A DNA stretch of 62,904 bases, the filler included, from Choristocarpus tenellus KU-1152 (lineage: Eukaryota; Protista; Phaeophyceae), in assembly GCA_964200185.2 (NCBI GenBank). It is 11 parts of 11 records of this genome, joined end to end, with 100 filler letters (N's around TTAATTAATTAA, not from the genome) between each part and the next. Parts side by side here need not be neighbours in the genome. Positions count along the whole stretch, not along the records: positions 9,243 to 14,502 come from CAXNAD020011332.1; positions 14,603 to 19,496 come from CAXNAD020012636.1; positions 19,597 to 24,998 come from CAXNAD020010904.1; positions 25,099 to 28,656 come from CAXNAD020019281.1; 7 more parts are not named here. The stretch is one strand, 5' to 3'. This document shows, piece after piece, positions 13,940 to 25,169 of this stretch. A model generated the notes under the pieces. The model saw nothing but the letters and a program-made list of their open reading frames with translations. It was not told where the DNA came from and searched no databases. The stretch's first letter is position 1. Every line of letters starts with the position of its first letter. Position numbers and translations under genes: made by a program.

Positions 13940-14502
13940 GAAAAACAGATTGGGAACGTGAGTATACGAATGGTGAGGAAGAACTACCTAGGCAATGTCT
14001 ATATCATGGCGTTCAGAAACCACTCGCTTAAGACTATAGGTGGATGATGTGGCAGTCAGAGAACACTCATTGCACAACTATAGAAGGATTTTGGTCCCTT
14101 GGAGCCACAGATGCCATCAAACCCACGGAGACAACGAGGCCATGAAGAAGAAGACCCTGTAGACGACGAATGAAGACCACAAGCCCAAGTGGGAAAAGAA
14201 AAGAATCCAGGCGGGCGTAGGAAGCTACAAAGAATCCTAAGTGTTGAGGTGAACAATGAGTATTCCCTCCAGTTTGAAGAGAGGCGGTAGGACCTCCATG
14301 TTACAGGCGCCCCCGAAAGCTTACCTCCACAGGATGTATATCTCCAATCTACGGGCCTATAGATTATACTCATGTACGTATAGGACTCCTGATGCACAAG
14401 TCGTCAGGTATGCTGGATCTCTCACTTGGATTATCATCAATATCATCATATGAAAAGGAACTGATCAACGATATCTTACCGCAATCGGGGACCATAATGA
14501 CC
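13940..14502 (+). mobile_element. Merlin/IS1595-like DDE transposon remnant (3' part and probable terminus)
   Basis: Frameshifted peptides TDWEREY...YHGV/NHS...ENTHCTTIEGFWSL...MLQAPPKAYLHRM follow the Merlin/IS1595 order TD.W.AY...H..VNHS...HTNTIEGFWS...LQ.YLDEF.WR. Ends in ggaccataatgacc, which is shared with the copy at 20281. Confidence 0.6.
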
Positions 14503-14821
14503 NNNNNNNNNNNNNNNNNNNNNNNNNNNNNNNNNNNNNNNNNNNNTTAATTAATTAANNNNNNNNNNNNNNNNNNNNNNNNNNNNNNNNNNNNNNNNNN
14601 NNGTTTGGGTGGGGGGTGGGAGAGGGGGGGGGGGTGGGGGGGTTGGAAAGAAATGAGTACCTATTTTTTCTTGTGGTTAAGGTTCATAAGAAGGGTCCAA
14701 AGTGGTAGATTTTGGTATGATTAAATATTGGTCAGAAGTATACCACTATGAGCTCCTTTGAATTTGTGGGGGAAAAAAATGACATGAATGCGTCTCTTGT
14801 CACTGGTGCAACCACAAACAT

Positions 14822-15261
14822 GACCTGGAGTATCTTCGAGGGGGGGTGTTTAGCCCAGGTTGTCCATTCGAGGCTTGATGGGTGTTGTAAGATACCTCGG
14901 TTGGCTCAAAGTACCTGGGGTGTGTGGCAGCGCTGTTCATTTGGGGCCAATTTTTTTCATATCGTGATTTTTGTGTGATTTGGTTGCATACTTTGAATGG
15001 ATAATGTAAATGCACTTTTCCTGATTTTGGGTATAGACCCCCCCCTCCCCCCCCAGATACTTTGGTTCAGTTTGATGCTTGTTTTGCGAATGATTTCCTT
15101 CGGATTTTGTTGAGGCAGGGGGATGGAAAAGGAAGGTGCTTTCAGATGAAGGAAATTGCCCTTATATCTGACACATTCACTCATATAACATGGAAATTAT
15201 TACAGCTTCTCACAGGCCCCAATTGAACACCTGACCCCCCCCCTCTAGGATACTATGGGTA
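14822..15261. mobile_element. MITE family C with 4-bp TSD ACAT, hosting a nested family-A MITE
   Basis: acat|gacctggagtatcttcgaggggggg ... ccccccctctaggatactatgggta|acat; inverted termini and a perfect 4-bp flanking duplication. Confidence 0.72.
14903..15068. mobile_element. MITE family A, nested copy
   Basis: ggctcaaagtacctgggg ... ccccagatactttggttc; flanks ggtt/agtt (1 mismatch); homologous to 34909-35092. Confidence 0.8.
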
Positions 15262-15737
15262 ACATTCTTACAAATGAAGAAAGTCGTGTGGGTATACTGG
15301 CTTCATGTTTCTCAGCTGGGTCATCCATGCCTTTCAAACATGATTGTACATGTCACATTTGCATTTTCGACTTGTGTAGTAAATATGATGTTACATCCAG
15401 CCCATCTTCTTAGGGACTCATAATGTGATTCAACTGCTCTTCTGAGAAAAGTCCAGTGCTCACAAACATCCTCTCACTGCCCTAACAAACAAGGGTGTCT
15501 ATTTTTTCCATTATTTAGATATTCGGATTTGTAAGGTCAATACACTCTTTACAGACTTGGTGTATCAACCCCTTGACAACGACAACCTGTTCCTTTCCAC
15601 ACAACTCAAATTAAGAACTTTGAGAGTAAGAACTTGATCACCTGCCTACTCTTTGTGCAACCTAACCCACCTCTACTACTGTTCTGCTCGCATCAATCCC
15701 AACCCTCTTACCCTCGCCCTGGGGTTGCATGCTGTAG

Positions 15738-16056
15738 AGCCAAAAGGTCATTGTCATTTGGTTCCTCAAAGAGGGAAAAGGCTGCAGGTGCTGCCTCCAC
15801 TGATATGGCCACAGAACCCACAACGCCAAAGACACCAACCCTATCGGCGTCCAAGGCAGCCCGGGCGGTTGCTCTCTTCGGGCGTGCAAGGCGTGGCTTC
15901 AGTGGGAAGGACCATAGGTTGTCTTCTCCCCGGGGTTCTGAGAACTTTGGTGGTAAGCTCAGTCCTGCAGAATCTTCCCCTGCGCAGAGCCCAAGCCACA
16001 TTACAGCCCCAGTCTCTGCAGAGCAGCTGGAAGGCCCTGTGAAGTCAGAGGATTGA
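15738..16056 (+). CDS. Probable terminal coding exon, Ser/Pro/Ala-rich, unknown protein
   Basis: Acceptor gctgtag| after a pyrimidine-rich tract, then a GC-rich open frame AKRSLSFGSSKREK...EGPVKSED*, followed by UTR-like sequence. Confidence 0.5.
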
Positions 16057-17685
16057 GGGGTTGAGGCTGACGCTCCCTCAACTGGAACCAAATAGCTGTT
16101 ACACTCGAGGACGGTGCAGCAATGAGAGGAGTGTATTGAGGCTGTTGTGGGGGTGAAAAATACTTGTGACTTCACATGGGCTGAGAGGAAGCCCGGAACG
16201 AATTCGTTGGTTGATTGGAGAGACAATGCCCTGAAGGAGGCAAGGCGTGGGGCAGAGTCCATACTTTTTGTTGTCTTGTACGCATGCCAAGGCTTGGTAA
16301 GATAGACGTTTTTTTGGTGTCTCGCCTCTGCTCATCCAAGGTCAGATGCTTGTTGGAGTTGGGTGTGCTTTGGAGGGAAGGATGGAGTAACGATGTCCCC
16401 AGAACATCTTAATTTTTGTTGTAAAGAAGGGTTGGTGTGTGTGGTGGAGAGTGCCGCGTTTCGTGTTTTTTAGTGATCATCGGGTTACAAATGGTCGCAT
16501 GCTTTGCATGGTTGTGTAAGTGCCTCTCTGTTTTTTGTAGGCTTGATGTAGTGAGTTGATGAAGATGGTCCTCTGTACAGTGAACTCTTAACATACATTT
16601 GTGTGTACACTTTTGTGAGTTTGGCAAGGCACTGCCCTGCCCTGCCTTCCCCCCCCCTATTGCACAATGTAGTATCTGTCGCTACATTTATGTATAATAC
16701 ACATGTGTACGAGCTGTGTGCCCCCTTGCCTTTTGTTGTCCCTCTGGGTGGTGGTTTGCTCTGAGTCATTGTCTATTTGCAGTCCCTTCCTGAAATTTGT
16801 TCTATACCACTGTACTGGCTACAGCCATAGTGTCTTCCCCATGAAAATGAAACTATATCAGATCCTTGCACAGTGTAATAATCCCTTACCCTCAGCATGT
16901 TCTGTGTTGTGCTTTAAAGTTTTTGTTGTTGAGGTCTTTCTTGGCTTTCTACTTGTGTGTTTTGCCAAGGTTCATGATGTGTTATGTCTTGTATGGTTTG
17001 CGGGAGAGGGAACGGAATGTGTGAAAGCAGGAAGTTGGAGTTGAAGTCTGAGGAGCCCCAGGGACTGCAGTGCCTAAGAGCATAACACACTTGCACGCTA
17101 CAGCCTTCGGCATTTATTGAAGGCCACCTCTACTGTGACTTGATACTACGCTCACCAATGTTTCTCCTTGTTTGTGAACCCTTATTCTTTCTTGTTTTGG
17201 CACATTTGTTGCCCCCCTAGCTACGATCGTGAAAAGGTCGTCCCAGTCAACGTCATGGATCTTTTATTTTATTTTTATTTTCTGTGTATCTCTATAATAT
17301 GTTTCCTCATCGTACTCCTCTGTATTTATACACCGGTTTTTGGTAAGGGGAGGGGGGTTTCATCTCAGTTCTTGCCCCTGAATGGTTGTGTAGTAGTACG
17401 AAATGCTGTGTGTGTTGAACTCTCTCAGTTGGAATCACCATGGTGTTACTCCCCCTCCCCTGTGAGAGGTGTGATGGTTAACCCTGTTGTGGGGATTCGT
17501 TGGTGCTTATTTTGGTGTTGTGTTTTGGGAGCCAGAGCACCTGTATTTTTTTCTTGGGCTTCTGGGCAGGCTTTTCCCCTGTTGCTCCTTGTGCAATAGT
17601 TCCTTTTCTACTACTGCGTGCCCTTTTTTTGCTGCCTGCATCCCTTGTGTACTACCTCAAAGCAACTCATTGCTTTGTCATTGTT

Positions 17686-17740
17686 TGTGTGTATGTTTAT
17701 GTGTGTGTGTGCGTGCGTGCGTGTGTGTCTGTGTATGTGT
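17686..17740. repeat. (TG)n/(TGCG)n microsatellite
   Basis: Directly visible; explains the CVCV ORFs. Confidence 0.85.
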
Positions 17741-19443
17741 GATTGGATGGAACTTCGTTTTTGTTTGACACAATCTGACTTTAGTTCGGGGAAGGGATCA
17801 TTTTTTCAACTGTGTACACACTATACTCAAAGTCAAAGGATAAGAACCTCTTGACTCTGTTGAATGCCAACCTTCCGTGAAAAGTTATGGAGCGATGTGT
17901 CTTGTTGACGTTTTGTAGGGGTTAGGTACTATGCATACTATGTAAGAGGTGACTGTGTGATTAATCTTTTTTCCCAATAAACGGAAGGCATGGGGGAGGA
18001 AGGATTCTCGATGAGCTGTTTGGGTGGTGGTGTCGTTTGCAGTGGAAATAACTTGGAGGCAAGGTTGGTTGATGAGCTTGACTAAGCATTGTGTTTAGAT
18101 GTTTTAAAAGGTACTAATGTACGTACTGTCTGTGATTTCTGCAAACTTGCTTCTTGTGTTTTGTGTTAATATTACAAAGAGGGACGATTGTGACTTGGAC
18201 CGCATTTATTTTTATTATAATGGTTTGTAGACTGATGTAGTGTGCTTCCAAGTACTGAGTAGTACGTAGTGTATGACGATATATTGTTGTATTATTGATG
18301 CCAACCGTTTATTTGATGTGTATGCATGAAAGCACAGAAGACTAGGAAGCATTTTTGGAATTTCGTGTCTTCACGTATGAGAGGAACGTAGATAATGGGG
18401 AAAGATTGGTACACATGTGTTGGAGGTATACTATGACCGAGTATGAAACTTGATGTTAGGGATGCTGACTGTTGTTAATTTGTTCTGCATTGGCGCAGTA
18501 TATGTACAGTCGGGGCGCATCATCTTCCTCGAAGGAAGCCTTCCGCAAGTTCCACTTTATTATTTTGTTTTCTCCTAGGTGCACTTGTTCTGTCATGGGA
18601 AGCAGGCATAATGACACTATAATACATGTTATTGGGGACAATGCACTGAACCCCTTAAGGAGTATAATATTTCTGTTGTCATTTTGGCTACTGGGTGAAC
18701 CCTACGTCACTTCCAAAAACTATATTACATATCATGAGTCAAAGTAAACGAGAGGTACCCAGGTTTTGGTCGTTTTGCATTTAACCAGTGTTTCAATCTT
18801 TTGCATTCACCCATATCTATATGGATAAGGTGTTAAGTATGACCTGAGAGTGTTGATTTCTCATAGTATTTTGAACTTTTCACCAGAATTCAGAAAATAT
18901 CCTATATATGTTTGTAAAAAAGGCGGGATATTGCACAGATTTGTCAGCATCCGTAAAATGCATCTCTGGTAGTATCTCTCGCTTACTTTGACTCCATAAT
19001 ATATATATATATATTTATATATGTATACACACATACATATGTGGACACATAATTCATACATATGTGCATAGGACATAATCATACATACATACGTAGTACA
19101 TACACACATCCATTCATACATAACATATATATATACACACACGCATCAGGGTTGTGAGTAATGACTGAGTGATGAAATCACTTCTCATTGGGTAATGAGT
19201 ATAAAATAGGCTTCTCTGTTCTAGTAGCAGAGTGATAGGGTGGAATACAGAGGGTCTGCTCACAGTTTTCCTCATTACTTGTGTTAGATGTATGTGATGG
19301 TTCATGTCACCCCATCCCGCCTTTCACTCCCCAGCAGTCATAGCCCACACAATAATAAACTGGGGGTTCAGATATATATTCTGAAAGAGAATTTCATTCC
19401 TATGGAATGTCTTAATAATAGTGTTTGACCAGAAGTGGAATCG

Positions 19444-19483
19444 GGGGGTAGGGGGTAAGGGGTAAGGGGTAAGGGGTAAGGGG
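19444..19483. repeat. (GGGGTAA)n G-rich repeat near a contig end
   Basis: About 5 tandem ggggtaa units. Confidence 0.8.
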
Positions 19484-19953
19484 ATTAATCATTCGANNNN
19501 NNNNNNNNNNNNNNNNNNNNNNNNNNNNNNNNNNNNNNNNTTAATTAATTAANNNNNNNNNNNNNNNNNNNNNNNNNNNNNNNNNNNNNNNNNNNNTTTC
19601 TCTCTTTTTGTGTGCCGGCCGCTACCCCCCCGGCGTCACCTCCCCCCCCCCCCCCCCCCCCCCAGATACTTCTAGTCTTCTGTTGAGCCCGTGTCACTCT
19701 CAAAATACAACCTTCAAGGGGACTGTAAAGAGGGTACAGTGGATACTCTGGAGGCATACAAGTAAATGTGATGCAAGCAAGTGCATGAAGTGTACAAAGA
19801 GATGATGATGCAAGCAGCATGCTAGGGAATTGACCCAATACCTCTCCCTTCTAGTCCCTTTCCTCTCCAAAAACTGATTCTAGATTGGGGAAAACAGATC
19901 TGAACAGGCAATTTTGTTGAGGATCATCAACACGGAGGGGCAGAAACTTAGAA

Positions 19954-19991
19954 CTGTGACTGTAACTGTAACTGTAACTGTAACTGTAACT
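19954..19991. repeat. (TGTAAC)n microsatellite
   Basis: About 6 tandem units. Confidence 0.85.
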
Positions 19992-20280
19992 TGGGACTGT
20001 GTGCAAAGGCTCCTACTTAGGGTTTGGGATGCACAGGCTTATATGATTAGGGTTAGGGATATACTGCGCTGAAAGGTTGTGCAACAATAGACGATGGTTT
20101 TCCATGTCCCTGGGATGGATCTTTCAGGAAGATTGGAGGTGAAGACGGTGAAGTCAAAAATAACGAGTAAGAAGCCTGTTGCGCTAACATCTCACAGTTT
20201 CATAAGCGCCATCATGATATTGAACTCCTATTGATTTTTGATGATATTTGTATTTCTTGATTATTATTTATTTTTTATTT

Positions 20281-20513
20281 GGTCATTATGGTCCTGATGT
20301 GATGGTATGTGATGTGACATCGTTGATCAGTTCCTTTTTTATACCATGATATTGACGATAATCCAAGTGAGAGATCCAGCGTACTTGACGACTCGTGCAT
20401 CAGGAGTTCTATACGTACATCAGCATCATCTATAGGCCTGTAGATCGGAGCTATGCATCCTGTGGAGGTAAGCATCGAGGGCCGCCTGCAACATTCCTGC
20501 CTCTCCTCTCTTG
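20281..20513 (-). mobile_element. Second Merlin-like 3' fragment, homologous to ~14277-14502
   Basis: Reverse complement aligns by eye with contig 2 (gcttacctccacaggatg..., gctggatctctcacttggattatc..., ggaactgatcaacgat..., ggaccataatgacc). Confidence 0.75.
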
Positions 20514-21838
20514 CACCTGACCAAAGTTTGTGAGAACAACCCTAACCCTAATCCCACACTGCGTAGAAAAAAGAAAATACCACGAGTGGAATTAACTCAG
20601 CCAAGATGACATAACGCTCAGCTCTGCCAACCTTTCATTTACGCCTCACCTGTCTAACTCCGGGCTACCCTCCTCCACATTTTCTGAATCCACAAGGTCG
20701 ATTCCCCTATCTGCTCGTCTTTCCCCTGGTGTGTTCCTCCTCAATATATTCTCCACAAATGTGTCTTCTCTTCCGACCCTTGTGCTTCCTTCGTCTCCCA
20801 TTTCTCCACTGAGGCGGTTCCATGCATTGCCTGACAGCGGATTTCGTTCCCGACTACTCAAACCAAGCCCTCCAGGTAAAGCCCCATCATCATCTCTGCT
20901 CCCATTGTCAAGGTTCCTTTGCACCCTATTTCTTCTCCTGCATCCTCTTCCATTCCTATGTCTCCTGTTAGAATCATAGACATACAAACTCCTCTCGCAA
21001 CCCTCCAGTGGAGGAACCTGCAGGTGCTGCCTCCGCCGAGCTAGAAGCTTAAGGCGCCCTAGCATATCTGGCGGACACTGCTGCCCTACTCCTTCAAATG
21101 CCGTTCTTCCTGTGGGGGTTTGTGATAATCTCAGCTCAATCCAAGGAAACAAATATTTCTCCTTCACTACTGGTGGCAGGGTACTGCGGACAGTACACTG
21201 CCGTGTGCTCAAGGGAAAATTAAGTTCATGCAAAGTTACGGGGGTACTGATATGATGTTTTACTGTCAGAACGATGTGGGTACCTCTGGCGAGAGATTGA
21301 CACCTGGCTTACCCCGTGCGTCCTTGATGTTTGGGTCACATCCCCTGTCAATCAATGCAGCCGCTAGTGCTTCTGTTCCATGCCGACAGGAGAGGTGAAG
21401 GGCATTTTGACCATTGGCTGTCGCAGCCTCCACCCGAGCGCCGTGGTTAAGGAGAAATATAGCAGTTGTAGTGTGCCCATTTCGGCAGGCTGCTAGCAGC
21501 GGCGTATCTCCCTTTGGGTTCACCCAGTTTATATCTGTTGGAGAAGATCGAATCGGACAAATTTGGGGGCAGTTACGGTGGGTGGGGATTAGACAGAGAG
21601 TTAGGACTTCGAAAGTGGAGACTACATTAGTGGCAGGAACAAGAGGTAGGATGGCGAAGGAGAAGTGTTCGAGGTTCGGGTTTCCAATGCCCATTTTTTC
21701 TGTGGCTTTCGAGAGTCTGAAAAGAAGCCCATGCTACTCACCGGCCCCCATTCGTACCAAGGATGCGCATTCCTCGATACGGCCTCCTTTCGCCGCAGCC
21801 CACAGAAAGCTCTCCTTCAGACTTATCGCACCAGGCAT
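20426..21838 (-). CDS. Ankyrin-repeat protein (~289 aa). Exons 21838-21742, 21534-21313, 21109-20650, 20516-20426
   Basis: In-phase GT-AG exons: MPGAISLKESFLWAAAKGGRIEECASLVRMGA / DINWVNPKGDTPLLAACRNGH...GQNALHLSCRHG...DPNIKDARG / RTAFEG... Canonical ankyrin motifs. The last exon is less certain. Confidence 0.85.
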
Positions 21839-22137
21839 GGAGGAGGGGGGTCAGGCAGGGGCAGAGAGCTCTATAGAAGTTAGTAAATGAGGCCGTGGTC
21901 CATTATTCGAAGTACTATTGATTATTTGATCCCCCCCACCCCATGCATTACGCCTCACCGATCGAGCTGGGCTAGGATATCCACGCTCATCGCGTTTTAC
22001 ACAATTCTCCTCCTCTAGATATATTAAGTCTACCAACGGGATCCATCTTGCAACTCCAAAAAGATTCGAACGTTTCTAATGAAACGGCACCGGTTTACGC
22101 GCCACATACCGATCTACACTCACATGTATAGAATACC
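21839..22137. promoter_or_regulatory. Probable bidirectional promoter between divergent genes
   Basis: Only 299 bp separate ATG 21838 (-) and ATG 22138 (+). Confidence 0.5.
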
Positions 22138-24389
22138 ATGTTCCAACCCGTTGATCCAAGGACAGTGGGTAAGAAAAGGGTCCAATACCTACTGGGGCGC
22201 GGGGGAAGAGTTTTTCGAGAAGAATATGACTCTGGTATGGAGAGGTTGATGGTCCCCTCAGAACAAGAGATTAAGGCCATTATATATGATCAGGTATATC
22301 GTCTAGTAACAGTAGCCTATGGGTGATTGTCACCCCACCCTATTGATTTTATTGCTTTTCCTAGGCCAGCAAGCTACTAGACTTGTTGTCGACCTCACAC
22401 TTTTTATGTAGTTCAACAATCATCGTCACTTGTCATTGGACAAGAAAGCATCAAACACCCATCCAAATGAACTGTTCTTATCGTATTCTCTCTGCACACT
22501 GAGCAGGCAGGCAGGGAACGTGTCACCGACAGTGGCTACAAGACCAAATGCCTTGCCCGTCCATGTAAAGTCAAGCCAAGTACTAACGCATTGAGCAGTG
22601 GCAACCCCATCTCAAACCGGCCAAGGGCATTTCCGCACACAGCTGAGGCCGTGACGTCCATCACATCAAGCAACGTCGATAGCGAGAGGGAGGGAGATTT
22701 CATGTCCATCCATGATCAGCAGTCTGAACGATTTTATCAGAGGCATAAGAAAGAAAACAGTTCAATGGCTGGGTCATTTCAGGACAGTCATGCGATAGGA
22801 GATTTTTCAAACTCTGTGGGTTGTAAGGACGATGAGGAGGACATAGAGCTCTTCCTCGACTACTTTTCCAAGTTCGGTGTGTCCAATCCTCGCGTCTCTC
22901 CCTCTTCCGTTGCAAGAGATCGGGAAGAGAAAGTCAAAGGCAGGATGGAAACAAATAAAGCTCTATGCACATCGCCGTCCAGTACCCTGGAGGTCACCAA
23001 GGCCCTTGGAAATGTGAGCAGGGAGGTCTTCTTACACCATAAGAATACCTAAAAAACAAGCACAATGAGGACGCCACTCTAACTCCCCCCCTAAACTCCC
23101 AACTTGCACTTCACACCTCGCCCAATATGTACTACAACTTTGCTGAACAGGTTGACATATATGGGATACTTTCGCGAGCACTGCCCGGTGACTTGGGCAG
23201 TGCAGGACGTCCCGCCTCCAGTGACTCCAACAGTCAAACGCCAGCTCACAAATCCAAAACAATAGATTGGAGGGGAAGGAAGAGAGACCGGACAAAAAAA
23301 TTCAAGCAAGAATTAAGGAAGGGAAAGCTGGTTGGCCAGGTAAGGGCAGAGAGGGGAAAGGAGCAGGAGGATGCTGGTACACTACCCAACTTAAAGGAAG
23401 TTGAAAACTCGAGATCTTCTAAGGGAGAAGATGCACCAAGGGATCCGCTTGGGGGTGAGGTCGAAGCGCTTCATTCTCGAGTGGTGGGAGAAGAGAACAG
23501 GTATGTTTGCCTGTGTCACTCACGATATTTTTTGCATGCTTGTCTTCCAAAGATGGTGTGGTTGTACTCATACAGAAGGGGCAATGCGTCCAGGGTCGTT
23601 GTATTTCTCGGGCTGGGGTGTTCCTGTGGATGACTATCAGGCACAAGGTGGTGCAGTACATACCATCTCCTCTCACTTCTGTGCCAAAGCTCCAGTGATC
23701 AGTAGTGATGCACAGCTGCGCTACCATCTACGCAGGGGAGTGTGAGGTATACGGCGAATTGTACCAAGTATGTTCTTGAATGAACTATTCTTCTAGTTCT
23801 AACAACACAGTATTTCTGTGTTTCACAACTCTATGTACAGCTCTGGTCCTTGCAGGAGATAGCAGCAGGTTTCCACAGCGTAGGTTGGCCTTTTTTTTGG
23901 TCGCCTAGAAGGTTAGGGTTAGGGTTAGGGTTAGTCAACATCTGCACAACACACTGTATCCTCCGCATGCACTCCCCCATGCATGAGCATTTATATTTCA
24001 AATATTCTAACCGCTGTTGTCAATAAAACATGAATGACTCATGGTTGTCCTCCACTATGAATGGTAAATTTCGATCACCTGGGAGGACCAATCTGACAGA
24101 ACATTAGTAAACCCCTGTGTCTACCGAGGAGGTAGCCAGCTGACTTCCTGTTACTAGTGTTCTAACCCTAACCCTAACCCTGACCATTTATCAGTCGATG
24201 CAAAAACTCACCTGGCAGACATGAGTTCAAGGGCTACAGACCTTAGCAGAGTTCAACATGGCAGTTTCCTTGCATTATTCTTACGTACTTGAGTTGAAAG
24301 TTCTCCGTGTTCACCTGCTGTACTGCTACTCATGCACGTACTTCACGCACTGTGCTTGTAAAAATAAGAAAAAAATACAGACAAAACCC

Positions 24390-24422
<33 letters not shown>

Positions 24423-24998
24423 CTTCTTCCAAGAGGGACCTGTCAGGTCTAAGTAGGTACAGACGAATGAGATCACGCCTCCGCAACAGGTTAAACCCTA
24501 ACCCTAACCCTAAAACCACCCCCCCTCAGACTGAACGAAGAGCTGAGGCTTGTGAGGTCTGAGAGCATGATAACAGAGCTGGAGCAAGTCGCTCTCTTGA
24601 CTCTGCAGAAGTGCGCCTCCCTAGATGACCTCAAGAAGGGGAAGGGCAGCAGGTCTAATCGTCTCTTGCATTCCCTGAGGGAGACCAAAAAGGCGTTGCC
24701 ATGCAGCACTGATGAAGAGCAAACGCCTTCTCAAGGCGGTGGCAGCATCAGAGTTGGTAAGGACTCTCAAGGTACAGAAATGAAACGGGAGGTGCTGGAG
24801 GGGCAACACACCAAGGAGGCGTACCAGCAAGAGCAACAACGACAGGGGATAGATCTTGTACCCGCTAAGCACCCTTGCCACAGAAGACCAGGAAAGGAGG
24901 AGTCAAGTGCCGGGTGCCTTAAGAAGGGGAGAAGAGGAAGGCGCCACAAGGGGGGGGGGGGGGAGGGGCGGGGAGGGGGGGTGGGGGTGGCGGGGGGG
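22138..24998 (+). CDS. Unknown multi-exon protein, partial. Exons 22138-22293, 22507-23013, 23151-23500, 24530-(gap)
   Basis: MFQPVDPRTVGKKRVQYLL...IYDQ|gtat; gagcag|; aat|gtgagc; gaacag|; aacag|gtatgt; ccctcag|. Phases 0/0/2 are compatible. No domain recognised; extra exons between 23500 and 24530 are possible. Confidence 0.6.
24389..24422. repeat. (CAA)n microsatellite
   Basis: About 11 caa units. Confidence 0.9.
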
Positions 24999-25098
24999 NN
25001 NNNNNNNNNNNNNNNNNNNNNNNNNNNNNNNNNNNNNNNNNNTTAATTAATTAANNNNNNNNNNNNNNNNNNNNNNNNNNNNNNNNNNNNNNNNNNNN

Positions 25099-25169
25099 AC
25101 ATCAAAATCGCAACATTGGATTTTGACCCCCAAATGGAAGTGTCCCTACCCTCTAAGATACTTTGGCTC
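25099..25169. mobile_element. MITE family B right end at a contig start
   Basis: atcaaaatcgcaacattggattttgacccc...taccctctaagatactttggctc, matching 44945-45012. Confidence 0.8.

Noticed and set aside
15708-16262. 184-aa minus-strand ORF
   Set aside because: Probably the antisense shadow of the GC-rich plus-strand exon 15738-16056.
17168-17854. Hydrophobic / CVCV ORFs
   Set aside because: T/G-rich UTR-like sequence and a TG microsatellite; no domain or splice support.
21414-21890. 158-aa plus-strand ORF
   Set aside because: Antisense to well-supported ankyrin exons.
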